Positions 13,166 through 24,577 of a DNA stretch of 64,000 nucleotides are shown here, one piece after another. Position 1 is the stretch's first letter. The number at the start of each line of letters is the position of its first letter. The notes beneath the pieces are model-generated. The model worked only from the letters and a program-made list of their open reading frames with translations. It did no database searches and was not told the DNA's origin. The stretch spans positions 23,520-87,519 of the forward strand of contig CAXULY010000022.1 of assembly GCA_964252075.1 (NCBI GenBank), written 5' to 3'. A program made the translations under genes and the position numbers. The DNA is from an uncultured Deinococcaceae bacterium (GTDB lineage Bacteria; Deinococcota; Deinococci; Deinococcales; Deinococcaceae).

Positions 13166-15898
13166 TCAACCCTCGATGCGCTGCGCGCGGCTGCCCGCCA
13201 CGCTCTTCGTGACGAGGATGCGCGCGGGCATGCGCTCCGACAGGCTCTCCACGTGCGTGATGACGCCCACCATGCGGCCCTGCGTGCGCAGGTTCTCCAG
13301 CGCGAGCGCCACGGACTCCAGCGCCTGCGGGTCGAGCGTCCCGAAGCCCTCATCCAGGAAGAGCGCGCCCAGGATGCGGTTCCCCGCGAGGTAATCGCTC
13401 AGCGCGATGGCCAGCGACAGGCTCGCCAGGAAGGTCTCGCCGCCGGACAGGGTCTTCACGCCGCGCGTCTCGCCCGCGTTCCAGAGGTCCTGCACGGCGT
13501 AGTCGCCCTGCACCAGCACGAGGCGGTAGCGCCCGTCGCTGATCTCGAAGAGCAGCTCACCCGCGCGCGTGAGGAGCTGCGCCTCGACCTCCTGCAGCAG
13601 GTACTGCTGGAATTCGTTGGCGCGCAGGGACTGCGCGAGGGCGTTCCAGGTGTCGTACTCCCGCGCGAGGCTCGCGGCGCGCCCCTCCAGGTCCTGTTTG
13701 CGGCGCAGCCGCTCCTCGCCGGACCGCACCTGCTCGGTGAGTGCGCCCAGCCGTTCGCGGGCCGAGCCGAGCGCCGCCTCGGTCGCGGCGAGGTCCCGCT
13801 CGCGCGTCCGGAGCGCCTCCGGGGAGGCCTTCTGGCCCTCCAGGCGCACCTCCAGGATGCGCAGCGCCTCCCGCACGCGGCCCAGCTGCGCGTCGAAGTC
13901 CCGCTGCGCGGCCTCCAGGCGCAGGACCTCCGCTTCGGGCAGCGCGGCGGCGCGCGCACTCGCCTCGTCCAGGCCCAGGGCGCTCAGGGCCTGACGGGCG
14001 GCCTCCGCGGCCTCGGTGCGCTCGCCCGCGCGCAGGTGCGCGGTCCCGGCGGCGGCGTCCGCGCCCGCCTGCGCGGCGGCGAGGGCGCTGGCCGCCTGCG
14101 CCTGCGCGGTGCGGGCCTGCTGCTCGTCCTGCCGCGCCATCTGGATCTCCGCGAGGAGCGCTCGGCGCCGGGCGGCGGGGTCGCCCCCCAGGCTCCGCAA
14201 CTGCCCCGCGAGGCCCGCCATCAGGCGCGCAGTGGTCTCGGCGGCCTGCGGGTCCAGCGTGGCTTCCAGGGCCTTCAGGTCCGCCTCCCGGCCCTGCACG
14301 GCCTGCTCCCAGTCGCGCAGCTCCGCGCGCGCGGCCTCCAGGGTCCTGGCCCGCTCGCGGACCGCCGAGCGCAGGTCCGCGAAGCGCTCCCGCAGGCGGT
14401 CGCGGGTGCCCTCCAGCGCCTTGACCTCGGCGGTCAGGGCGCTCAGGTCCTCGGTGGGCGCGTCGGGCAGCGCCGTCACGGTCTGCGTGCACAGCGGGCA
14501 CGGCTCACCCAGATGCAGGTGCGCGCGGTGCGCGGCCAGCCCGGCGCGCGCCTGCGCGTCCGCGAGGCGGGCCTGCGCCTGCGTGAGCGCCATGCCCGCC
14601 TGCCGCCCCTCCGCCTCGGTGCGGGCCAGCTCGACTTCCTGACTGTTTTGCAGGGTCTCGTCCGCCAGCACGCGCGTGCGGCGCGCCTGCGCCCCGGCGC
14701 GCTCGGCGTCCAGCGTCACGCGGTCGCGGCGCAGCTGCTCACCTTTCTGGGCGGCGTCGCGGGCCCGCAGGAAGGCGTCCTCGTCCCACGGCAGGGGCCG
14801 CGCGTGGCTCGCGTCCGGCTTGCCGCCGTAGCGCCGCAGGGTGCCCTGCAGGCCCTCCGCGTCGCGCAGCCGCTCGGCCTGCGCCTCCAGCTCCGGAATG
14901 CGGGCGCCCGCCTGCTCGGCGTGCAGGAGCGCCTCGGCCGCGTGCCCCAGCACCGCCTGCGCGGCCCGGACCGCCTGCTGGCGGACCTGCAGGTCCGCGT
15001 CCGCCTTGTGCGCCGCCGCCTGCGCCCTTCGGGCGGCGTCCAGCAGCGGCAGGGCGCCCGCCACCCGCCGCGCCGTGGCGGCGCGCCGCGCGCCCGCCGC
15101 CACCGGCTCCGCCTGGGCCTCCAGGCCTTCCAGCGTGCGCCGCGCGGCGTCCCGCTCCGTCAGCCAGCCCACCAGCTGCGTGAGGCGCGTCACGTCCGCG
15201 GCGGTCGCCTCGCGCTCGCCCGTGAGGCGCTGCGCCTCGGCCTCCATGCGCTCGGCCTCCTCGCGCCAGCCGGTCAGCAACTCCACGCTCACGCCCGCGT
15301 ACTCGCCGTCCAGCAGGGCCTGCACGCCGCCCAGCTCGGTCTTCAGGTCGCGCCCGCGCTCGCCCGCCACCTCGAACATGCGCCGCACGTGCGCCATGTT
15401 CATCAGGTCGCCCAGCAGCTTCTGGCGGTCCTTGTCACTGCCCTTCAGGAAGGTGTCGAACTGCCCCTGCGGCAGCAGCACCGCGCGCGTGAAGGCCTCG
15501 AAATCCAGCCCGACGGCCTTCGTCACGAGGTCCTGAATCTGCGCCTTCTTGTTCTCCGCGAGGTTGATGGCGCGCCCCTCTTTGTACTGCTCGAAGCGCA
15601 GGTCGTTCTCCGCCGTGCGGCGACCCCAGGTGCGCGCGACGCGGTAGCGCTCGCCGCCCGCCTCAAACTCCAGCGCCACCGCGAGGCCCCGCTCGCCCTG
15701 CGAGATCAGGGCGTCCATGCCGCGCCCACCCAGGCGCGGGGTACGCCCGTACAAGGCGAAGGTCATGGCGTCCAACAGGCTGCTCTTGCCGCTCCCCGTC
15801 TGCCCCTGAATGGCGTAGAGCTGCATGTCCGTGAAGTCCACCTCGGTGTGCTCGCGGAAGCAGGTGAAGCCCTGAATGGTCAGCTTGATGGGCTTCAC
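13166..15898 (-). CDS. sbcC: SbcC (Rad50-like SMC ATPase)
   Basis: Walker A GQTGSGKS, coiled coil, CPLC zinc hook, LSGGE and LDEGFG motifs. Confidence 0.95.
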   Translation of the reverse strand: MKPIKLTIQGFTCFREHTEVDFTDMQLYAIQGQTGSGKSSLLDAMTFALYGRTPRLGGRGMDALISQGERGLAVALEFEAGGERYRVARTWGRRTAENDLRFEQYKEGRAINLAENKKAQIQDLVTKAVGLDFEAFTRAVLLPQGQFDTFLKGSDKDRQKLLGDLMNMAHVRRMFEVAGERGRDLKTELGGVQALLDGEYAGVSVELLTGWREEAERMEAEAQRLTGEREATAADVTRLTQLVGWLTERDAARRTLEGLEAQAEPVAAGARRAATARRVAGALPLLDAARRAQAAAHKADADLQVRQQAVRAAQAVLGHAAEALLHAEQAGARIPELEAQAERLRDAEGLQGTLRRYGGKPDASHARPLPWDEDAFLRARDAAQKGEQLRRDRVTLDAERAGAQARRTRVLADETLQNSQEVELARTEAEGRQAGMALTQAQARLADAQARAGLAAHRAHLHLGEPCPLCTQTVTALPDAPTEDLSALTAEVKALEGTRDRLRERFADLRSAVRERARTLEAARAELRDWEQAVQGREADLKALEATLDPQAAETTARLMAGLAGQLRSLGGDPAARRRALLAEIQMARQDEQQARTAQAQAASALAAAQAGADAAAGTAHLRAGERTEAAEAARQALSALGLDEASARAAALPEAEVLRLEAAQRDFDAQLGRVREALRILEVRLEGQKASPEALRTRERDLAATEAALGSARERLGALTEQVRSGEERLRRKQDLEGRAASLAREYDTWNALAQSLRANEFQQYLLQEVEAQLLTRAGELLFEISDGRYRLVLVQGDYAVQDLWNAGETRGVKTLSGGETFLASLSLAIALSDYLAGNRILGALFLDEGFGTLDPQALESVALALENLRTQGRMVGVITHVESLSERMPARILVTKSVAGSRAQRIEG

Positions 15899-17076
15899 GC
15901 CTCCACCTCGCCCGCCATCGCTTCACGGTCCGCCTCGCGGAACGCCGCGCGCAGGGCGGGGGAGAGCTCGCCGCGCTTCTCCATGTGGTAGCGCTCGAAC
16001 AGCTGCTCCAGCGTGAGGCCGTCGCGCTTGCTGGCCGCCGTCGCCTCACCGCCCTCGCCCGCCTCGATCTCCACCGCGAGGGTGTTCGGCAGGGCGCGCA
16101 GCACGCGGTCCTTCAGGCCCGGCATGGCCGTCCCGCCCGGCACGCGCACCACGACCTTCACGCGCCCCGCGAAGTCCGCCACCGCCTGCAGTTTCCCGTC
16201 CAGGTCGTGCAGGTCCGCGCGCACCACCTTCAGGGCGTGCCCGGCGCTGAGCGGCAACCGGTGCACGCGCGCGAGTCGGCCCGGCTCGACCTCCACGAGG
16301 TTCACGCCCTTCGCCTCGCCCGCCTCCCCGAAATCCAGCTGAATGACGCTGCCCGGGTAGTACGCGAGGGGCGCCTCGCTCGCCTGCTGCGGCTTGTGGA
16401 TGTGCCCGAGCGCCACGTACTGCGCGCCCGCCGGAAGCTGCTGCGCGGAGAGGGTGTAGCTGTTCGTGATGTCGAAGGTGAAGGTGCGCTCCGAGCCGCT
16501 CGGCGCGCTGCCCTCCATGGTGGCGTGCAGCATCAGCATGTTCACGGCGTCCGCGGTGAAGCCGTTCGAGAGCTGCTTCAGGAAGAAGCCCAGGCCGTCC
16601 CGGTACCGCTGCCGCCACTGCCCGAGTTCGCCCTCCAGTAGGTCGGCGGCCTTTACGAGCCTCCGCTCGGACAGGTACGGCAGCGCGCCCACCCGCAGGC
16701 GCGTGCCGTCACGGGCCGTCACCTCGCGCAGCATGTCCGTGGGGTTCAGGGACACCTGTGCCACGAGGTGCGCGCCCACATGCGTGAGGAGCGGCGCGAG
16801 GCCCGCGAGGCGGCTGGCGCTGTCGTGGTTCCCGGCGATCACCACGCTGGGGATGCCCAGTTCGCGCAGGCGCAGGAAGAAGCTGTACACGGCGTCCTCG
16901 GCGTCCGCGCTGGGGTTCACGGTGTCGAACAGGTCGCCGGCGACGAGCACGGCGTCTGCCCGCTCACTCACGGCCATGCTCGCGATTTCATTGAGGGCGG
17001 CGCGCACCTCGGGGGTGCGGTCCAGGCCGCGCAGGTTCCGCCCCGCGTGGAAGTCGGCGGTGTGAAGTACGCGCAT
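15895..17076 (-). CDS. sbcD: SbcD nuclease (Mre11-like)
   Basis: HTADFH, AGDLFD, GNHD and LGHIH metallophosphoesterase motifs; overlaps the sbcC start. Confidence 0.95.
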   Translation of the reverse strand: MRVLHTADFHAGRNLRGLDRTPEVRAALNEIASMAVSERADAVLVAGDLFDTVNPSADAEDAVYSFFLRLRELGIPSVVIAGNHDSASRLAGLAPLLTHVGAHLVAQVSLNPTDMLREVTARDGTRLRVGALPYLSERRLVKAADLLEGELGQWRQRYRDGLGFFLKQLSNGFTADAVNMLMLHATMEGSAPSGSERTFTFDITNSYTLSAQQLPAGAQYVALGHIHKPQQASEAPLAYYPGSVIQLDFGEAGEAKGVNLVEVEPGRLARVHRLPLSAGHALKVVRADLHDLDGKLQAVADFAGRVKVVVRVPGGTAMPGLKDRVLRALPNTLAVEIEAGEGGEATAASKRDGLTLEQLFERYHMEKRGELSPALRAAFREADREAMAGEVEA

Positions 17077-17144
17077 CACGAAAAAGGCTAGCACGGCCCA
17101 GCGCGGAAAAAAGGAATGCCTGGGCCGTGCTGGAGCCTGGGGCG

Positions 17145-17161
17145 CTATGCTGTTCACGTAA
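17145..17161. promoter_or_regulatory. Probable RDRM (DdrO operator)
   Basis: CTATGCTGTTCACGTAA resembles the 17-bp Deinococcus RDRM palindrome; it overlaps the TATGCT -10 and the recD2 ATG. Confidence 0.65.
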
Positions 17162-19284
17162 TGCCCGATCCTGCCGCGAAGCCCGCCGCCGATGCCAGCC
17201 CCGCCTTCACGCCGGTTCAGCTGAAGGTGCGCGGCAGCGTGAACAAGGTGCGTTACCGCGCGGAGAGCGGCTTCACCGTCATGACCGCCAAGCTCACCAA
17301 CGAGCACGGCGAGGACCCGGACGCCACCATGGTGGGCATGGTGCCGCCGCTGGAGGCGGGCGATCAGTTCAGCGCCGAGGTGGTGATGGAGGAGCACCGC
17401 GAGTACGGCTACCAGTACCGCGTGCTGTCCCTCATCCTCGACGACGTGCCCGCCGACCTCACGGAGGAGGGCATCGCGGCGTACCTGGAGGCGCGCGTGG
17501 GTGGGGTGGGGAAGGTGCTGGCGGGCCGCATTGCGCGGACCTTCGGGCAGGCGACCTTCGACCTCATCACGGAGGACCCGCAGAAGCTGCTGACGGTGCC
17601 GGGCGTCACGCAGACGACCCTGCACAAGATCGTGAGCAGCTGGGAGGCGCAGGGCGGCGAGCGGCGCCTCATCGCGGGCCTGCAGGGCCTGGGCCTCAGC
17701 GTGTCGCAGGCGCAGCGCGCCGTGAAGCACTTCGGGAACGAGGCGCTGGAGCGCCTCACGGCGGACGTGTTCACCCTCACGGAGGTGGAGGGCATTGGCT
17801 TCCTGACCGCCGACAAGCTCTCGGAGGGCCTCGGCATCGCGCGCGATGACCCGCGCCGCCTCGCCGCCGCCGCCGTGTACGCGCTGCAGCAGGCGGCGCA
17901 GCAGGCGGGGCACAGCTTCCTGCCGCGCGAACGCGCGCTGCGCGGCCTCATGCACTACACCCGCGTGAACGCCGAGCAGGCGACGCTCGCGCTGGACAGC
18001 GCCATCGAGCTGGACCGCCTGAAGGACGACGCGGGCCGCATCTACCTGCCGCAGAGCCTGCGCGCCGAGAAGAAACTCGCGGCGACCGTCCGCACCCTGC
18101 TCGCCACACCGCCCACCGAGGAGTGGCGCGTCACGAAGGGCGTCGGCGCGGGCCTCGGCGAGGAGCAGCGCGGGGTGCTGGACCTCCTCGCGGAGCACCG
18201 CCTGGTGGTCCTCACGGGCGGCCCCGGCACCGGCAAGAGCACCACCACGCGCGCCGTCGCGGACCTCGCGGAGAAACTTGGGCTGGACGTGGGGCTATGC
18301 GCCCCTACCGGCAAGGCCGCGCGCCGCCTCGGTGAGGTGACGGGCCGCCCCGCCAGCACCATCCACCGCCTGCTCGGGTACGGCCCGCAGGGCTTCCGCT
18401 TCGGGACGCTGGAACCGCTGCTGTTCGACCTGATCATCGTGGACGAGGTGAGCATGTGCGGCGACGCGCTGCTCCTCGCGCTGCTGCAGGCCGTGCCGCC
18501 CGGCGCGCGCGTGCTGCTCGTCGGCGACGTGGACCAGCTGCCCCCCGTGGACGCCGGGCTGCCCCTGGCGGCGCTCGTGCAGGCCGCGCCGACCGTGCGA
18601 CTCACGCGGGTGTACCGTCAGGCCGCAGAGAACCCCATCATCGCCGCCGCGCACGGCGTGCTTCATGGGCAGGCGCCCGCGTGGGGCGACCCGCGCCTGA
18701 ATTTCGCGCCGCTTGACGCGGACACCGGCGCGCGCCGCGTGGCGCTCCTCGTGCGCGAGATGGGCGGCCCACAGGCCGTGCAGGTCCTCACGCCCATGCG
18801 CAAGGGCCCGCTGGGCGTCGAGATGCTGAACCACCACCTGCAGGCGATCTTCAACCCCGGCAGCGGCGGCGTCCGCATCGGGAGCGGCGAGGCGCGCGTG
18901 GGCGACATGGTCGTGCAGACCAAGAACGACTACCAGAACGAGGTCTTCAACGGCACGCTTGGCGTGGTGCTGCGCGAGGAGCGTGGCAAACTCACCGTGG
19001 ACTTCGAGGGGAACGTGGTGGAGCTGGGCGGCGCGGAACTCTTCAACCTGCAGCTCGGGTACGCCCTCACCGTGCACCGCGCGCAGGGCAGCGAGTGGCG
19101 CGCGGTGCTGGGCGTGCTGCACGAGGCGCACGGCCCCATGCTCAGCAAGAACCTCGCGTACACGGCCCTCACGCGCGCCAGCGAACGCTTCTTCGCGGCG
19201 GGCAGCACGCGCGCCTGGGAGGTCGCCTCAAACCGCAACCGCGACGAGCGTTACACCGCCCTGCTGGAACGCATCCGGGGCTGA
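17161..19284 (+). CDS. recD2: RecD2 ATP-dependent DNA helicase
   Basis: HhH region, GGPGTGKS, APTGKAA, DEVSM, GDVDQL and YALTVHRAQGSE motifs. Confidence 0.95.
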   Translation: MPDPAAKPAADASPAFTPVQLKVRGSVNKVRYRAESGFTVMTAKLTNEHGEDPDATMVGMVPPLEAGDQFSAEVVMEEHREYGYQYRVLSLILDDVPADLTEEGIAAYLEARVGGVGKVLAGRIARTFGQATFDLITEDPQKLLTVPGVTQTTLHKIVSSWEAQGGERRLIAGLQGLGLSVSQAQRAVKHFGNEALERLTADVFTLTEVEGIGFLTADKLSEGLGIARDDPRRLAAAAVYALQQAAQQAGHSFLPRERALRGLMHYTRVNAEQATLALDSAIELDRLKDDAGRIYLPQSLRAEKKLAATVRTLLATPPTEEWRVTKGVGAGLGEEQRGVLDLLAEHRLVVLTGGPGTGKSTTTRAVADLAEKLGLDVGLCAPTGKAARRLGEVTGRPASTIHRLLGYGPQGFRFGTLEPLLFDLIIVDEVSMCGDALLLALLQAVPPGARVLLVGDVDQLPPVDAGLPLAALVQAAPTVRLTRVYRQAAENPIIAAAHGVLHGQAPAWGDPRLNFAPLDADTGARRVALLVREMGGPQAVQVLTPMRKGPLGVEMLNHHLQAIFNPGSGGVRIGSGEARVGDMVVQTKNDYQNEVFNGTLGVVLREERGKLTVDFEGNVVELGGAELFNLQLGYALTVHRAQGSEWRAVLGVLHEAHGPMLSKNLAYTALTRASERFFAAGSTRAWEVASNRNRDERYTALLERIRG

Positions 19285-19292
19285 GCGCGCCT

Positions 19293-20051
19293 TTAGTGGC
19301 CCGAGCTGGCGTCGTTGAAGCGCTGGAAGAACGCGGCGTAATCGCCGTTCACCGCCGCGAACCGCAGCGGCTTCACGCGCTCCACCAGAATTTCCGTGGT
19401 GTCCGGTGACGCCTCCAGCAGCTGCATGGATTCGCGGATGAAGTCCGTCAGGGGCATGGCGTTCGGGTCACTCGCCTGCGCGGCGCCCATCAATTCCGTC
19501 TGCACGTACGGCGGCACCAGCTCAATGACCTGCACCGCCGTGTCCCGCAACTGGTAGCGCAGCGCCTCGGTGTACGCGTGAATGGCGGCCTTCGTGGCGC
19601 TGTACGTGGGGGTGGCCGCCATGGGCAGGAAGGCCAGCCCGGATGAGACCGTCATGATGGTCGCGCGCGGCTGCGCAAGCAGCTGGGGCAGCAGCGCCGC
19701 CGTGAGCCGGATGGGGCCGAGCAGGTTGGTCGTCACGGTCGCCTCGGCGTCGCCCAGCTCGCCACGCTGGATGTCCTCCGGCCGCATGATGCCCGCGTTG
19801 TGAATGACCGCGTTCAGCGCCGGGAAGTCGCGCCGCGCCCGCTCGCCGAATGCGCGGATGGCGTCCGCGTTCTCGATGTCCAGCGCGGCCGTCTGCATGC
19901 CGGGGTGGGCCGCCGCTACCTCATCAAGCAGGGTCTGGCGGCGCCCCGCGATGATGACGTGGTTGCCACGGGCGTGGAGGGCCTCGGCGAGCGCGCGGCC
20001 GATGCCGGAACCGCCGCCCGTGATCAGAATGGTGTTGCCGTTCATGTGCAT
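19293..20051 (-). CDS. SDR family oxidoreductase (DltE-like)
   Basis: TGGGSGIG, NAG and YSATK motifs. Confidence 0.9.
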   Translation of the reverse strand: MHMNGNTILITGGGSGIGRALAEALHARGNHVIIAGRRQTLLDEVAAAHPGMQTAALDIENADAIRAFGERARRDFPALNAVIHNAGIMRPEDIQRGELGDAEATVTTNLLGPIRLTAALLPQLLAQPRATIMTVSSGLAFLPMAATPTYSATKAAIHAYTEALRYQLRDTAVQVIELVPPYVQTELMGAAQASDPNAMPLTDFIRESMQLLEASPDTTEILVERVKPLRFAAVNGDYAAFFQRFNDASSGH

Positions 20052-20220
20052 GGTGGTTCTCCTCGTGGGTGAGCATAGAACCATCACGAACCAATGGGAA
20101 GTAGGCACTTGAGAGCGCTATACTTACCTGACGGAGAGTGATGCTGGTGTCGACGTTTATGGCGAAGCGCGAGCCGCGGCGTAAAAACGGATTGGACCTC
20201 GTCAAGTGCAAGCGAGCGCC

Positions 20221-20445
20221 CCTGAGCCGGATGCGCTGGTACTCAAGGTCATCAGTGGAGTGGCGGACACTTAGAGTACGTGCTGTCTGGAGGAGCGCGG
20301 GCCCCAGCGCTTCACGCACTCTGGCGACATCATGGGCGGCATCGGCCGAGGATGCTCAGCGGGGCAGTCCACACGATGGAGGCGAACAGCCTCCTCGTGC
20401 GGACGATGTACCGCGTCATGCCATTTCGCGTCGAGGCACGAGGCG
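20221..20445 (+). pseudogene. Degraded HxlR-family transcriptional regulator
   Basis: DALVLKVISGVADT*ST..LEERGPQRFT..GDIMGGI, then a frameshift to MLSGAVHTMEANSLLVRTMYRVMPFRVE; divergent from the SDR gene. Confidence 0.7.
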
Positions 20446-20572
20446 GCCGACATGGTCTGCCGGGACAGATCAAGTCGGAGCAGCACCGTGAGGGCGTGCC
20501 CTACTCGGGTCGGTCCCTCCACGACCACGTGGCCCCGCCCTGAGCGGTGGGGTGGATGGGTAGACTGACCGC

Positions 20573-21207
20573 ATGCCTGAGGCCACCACGACCGTGACGG
20601 ACATCAGCCGCTGGCTCACGCCCGGCCACCCTAACTGGCCCGGCGACGCGCCGTACACCCTGACGCCCGGCATGCGCATCGCGGGCGGGGACAGCGTGAA
20701 CACCGGCGTGCTCGGCACCAGCACGCACACCGGCACGCACGTGGACGCCCCCTGGCATTACGGCGACGACGCGCAGCGCCTGCACGAGGTGCCGCTCGAC
20801 ACCTTCGTGGGCCGCTGCGTGGTGCTGCACGTCACGGGCCTCAACCCGGTGCCCGCCAGCGTGCTGGAGGCCTTCCGGTACATCCCGGAGCGCCTGCTGC
20901 TGTACACGGGCCAGCCGCCCGTCTGGGACCGTTTCCCGCAGGAGTTCGCGGCGATCAGCCCGGAGCTTGTGCGGGAGGCGGCGCGGCGCGGCGTGCGCCT
21001 CATCGGCACGGACGCGCCCAGCGTGGACCCGCTGGAGAGCAAGACGCTGGACGCGCACATGGCGTGCCTGGAGGCCGGCATCGCGATCGTGGAGGGCCTG
21101 AACCTCGCGAGCGTGCGGGAGGGCGTGTACGACCTCACGTGCCTGCCGCTGGCCCTGTGGGACGCGGACGCCGCGCCCGCCCGCGCCATCCTGCGCGAGG
21201 TGCTGTC

Positions 21208-21211
<4 letters not shown>
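20573..21211 (+). CDS. kynB: Kynurenine formamidase (cyclase family)
   Basis: HTGTHVDAPWH, GTDAPSVD and EGL motifs; coupled to kynU. Confidence 0.88.
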
Positions 21212-22392
<1,181 letters not shown>

Positions 22393-22435
22393 AGGAGCGG
22401 GGCCGGGACACGTCCCGGCCCCACCCCCGTTCGCT

Positions 22436-22678
22436 TCAGCGGTTGTCGTTGCTCATGGGGTCCGTCTCGGGGTGCAGGCGCCCCAGGTCGTCCGTGACGG
22501 GTCGTCCGCGGTTCGGCAGGACCGAGTCGCGCTCCTCGTCCGCGATGGACAGGTCGGTCTCCTGATCCCAGCCGCTCTCGCTGCCCTCGTCGGTGGAGAG
22601 CCCGCCCTGGTCGCTCGGAGCGGGCTCCCCGTTCGTCAGGGTGCCGTCGTCCCCGAAATCACTGCCCTGTCCCGTCAC
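22436..22678 (-). CDS. Small acidic hypothetical protein
   Basis: GTG start just after the upstream stop; D/E/G-rich; GC3-biased codons. Confidence 0.55.
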   Translation of the reverse strand: MTGQGSDFGDDGTLTNGEPAPSDQGGLSTDEGSESGWDQETDLSIADEERDSVLPNRGRPVTDDLGRLHPETDPMSNDNR

Positions 22679-22679
22679 G

Positions 22680-23153
22680 TCAGCGCTCCCGGTCTCGGTC
22701 GCCCACGTGGTCGCGCACGGCCTCATCCAGACGCTCCTGGGTGGGTTCGCCCTGCGCGAGGTCGCCGGGCTGCTCGCGCAGTTCCGCCGGGCCGTCCTCG
22801 CTGGGCGGCACGTACCCGGGGTTCTGGTCGGCGTCCCTCAGCGGGTCGCGCAGCGGCCCTGGGTTGATGCCGACGTTCCCTGCGCCCCACCCCAGGGTCT
22901 CGTTCGGCACATCACCGGACAGCGGGGCGGGCGGGTCGGCACCCGCGTACTGCGCGCCCTGCAGCTGGTGCTCCATGGCTTCTGGGTCGCGCGTCACGGC
23001 GGGGCTGCTGGTGCCCTTGTCCGTGAACTGCGGGACCTCCTGAGGGTCGTCCGGCATGATGTCCGGCGTGTCGGTGCGGTCCAAGCTGCCCACGCGGTCG
23101 TCGGGCGGCGTGGTGGTGTACCGCACGGTGTGGTCGTCCTTGGGATCGGTCAT
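22680..23153 (-). CDS. Acidic Pro/Gly-rich hypothetical protein
   Basis: AAGGAGG RBS; D/P/G-rich low complexity. Confidence 0.7.
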   Translation of the reverse strand: MTDPKDDHTVRYTTTPPDDRVGSLDRTDTPDIMPDDPQEVPQFTDKGTSSPAVTRDPEAMEHQLQGAQYAGADPPAPLSGDVPNETLGWGAGNVGINPGPLRDPLRDADQNPGYVPPSEDGPAELREQPGDLAQGEPTQERLDEAVRDHVGDRDRER

Positions 23154-23235
23154 GCTGCCTCCTTGGTGCCCACAGTGTGGGCTGCCGGGGCGAGCGCTTC
23201 CTGAAAAGTCGCTCAGGGCGCCCTTAACCCCGCCG

Positions 23236-24408
23236 TCAGAGCGCCCGCACCACCACCGCGATGCCCATGCCGCCCCCGATGCACAGGCTCGCCACCCCGA
23301 GTTCCTGCCCGCTGCGCCGCAGGGCGTGCACCAGCGTCACGAGCACGCGCGCGCCACTCGCCCCGATGGGGTGCCCGAGCGCGATGGCGCCGCCCGTGAC
23401 GTTCACGCGCGCGGGGTCAATCTTCAACTCGTGCACCACCGCGAGGCTCTGCGCGGCGAAGGCCTCGTTCAGCTCCCACAGGTGAATGTCCGACGCGCTC
23501 AGGCCCGCTTTCTTCAGGGCGGGCGGCACGGCGTACGCGGGCCCGATGCCCATGATGGCGGGGTCCACGCCGACCGCCGCGTACGCCATGACCTCCGCGA
23601 TGGGGGTGAGGCCCTGCCCCTGCACGTAGTCGTCACTCGCGACGGCCAGCATGGCGGCGCCGTCGTTGATGCCGCTCGCGTTGCCCGCCGTGACGGTGCC
23701 GTCCTTCTGGAAGGCGGGCTTGAGCTTCGCGAGGGTCTCCACGGTCGTGCCGGGCCGCACGTACTCATCGCGGTCGAAGAGCACCGTGTCGCGCTTCACG
23801 CGCACCTCCACGGGCACCACCTCGTCCATGAAGGCGCCGCTCTCCTGCGCGGCCACCGCGCGCCGCTGGCTCTCCGCCGCGAAGGCGTCCTGCTCCTCCC
23901 GCGTGAGGCCCCACTGCGCCGCGATGCGTTCCGCCGTGATGCCCATCGCCTCGCCGTCGAAGGCGTCCCGCAGGCCGTCGAACTGCAGGCTGTCCAGCAT
24001 CTCGGCGTTTCCCAGGCGGTACCCGGCGCGCGCGCCGGGCAGCAGGAACGGCGCGCGGCTCATGTTCTCCGTGCCGCCCGCGAGGTACAGGTGGCCGTCG
24101 CCCGCACGCAGGCCCTGCACGGCGCTCACGAGGGCCTGCAGGCCGCTGCCGCACACGCGGTTCACGGTCTGGCCCGGCACGTGGTGCGGCAAACCCGCCT
24201 TCACGGCAATCTGCCGGGCGGGGTTCATGCCCTGCCCGGCCTGCAGCACGTTCCCCACGATCACGTCCGCAATGTCGTCGGGGTTCAGGCTCTCCAGCAG
24301 GGGGCGCGTGGCGGCCACCCCGAGGTCCACGGCAGGCGTGTCCTTGAGGCTCCCCATAAAGCTCCCGATGGGGGTGCGGCGGGCCGACAGAATCAGGCTG
24401 CGGTTCAT
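23236..24408 (-). CDS. Acetyl-CoA C-acetyltransferase (thiolase)
   Basis: [20 protein letters not shown] and CIGGG motifs. Confidence 0.95.
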   Translation of the reverse strand: MNRSLILSARRTPIGSFMGSLKDTPAVDLGVAATRPLLESLNPDDIADVIVGNVLQAGQGMNPARQIAVKAGLPHHVPGQTVNRVCGSGLQALVSAVQGLRAGDGHLYLAGGTENMSRAPFLLPGARAGYRLGNAEMLDSLQFDGLRDAFDGEAMGITAERIAAQWGLTREEQDAFAAESQRRAVAAQESGAFMDEVVPVEVRVKRDTVLFDRDEYVRPGTTVETLAKLKPAFQKDGTVTAGNASGINDGAAMLAVASDDYVQGQGLTPIAEVMAYAAVGVDPAIMGIGPAYAVPPALKKAGLSASDIHLWELNEAFAAQSLAVVHELKIDPARVNVTGGAIALGHPIGASGARVLVTLVHALRRSGQELGVASLCIGGGMGIAVVVRAL

Positions 24409-24577
24409 GTGCCCACCATACCAAACGCCCGTTAGGAAACGGGCGTACTCGGTTTCTTCGCAAACACTGTGGGCCAGCACCCGAGGTCAACCCGCCTTGA
24501 CGCGCGGCTGAGCTGCGGCCCACGCGCCGCGCACACACTGACCTGAAGCACCCTCACCCCGCCCTCCAGGAGGAACC

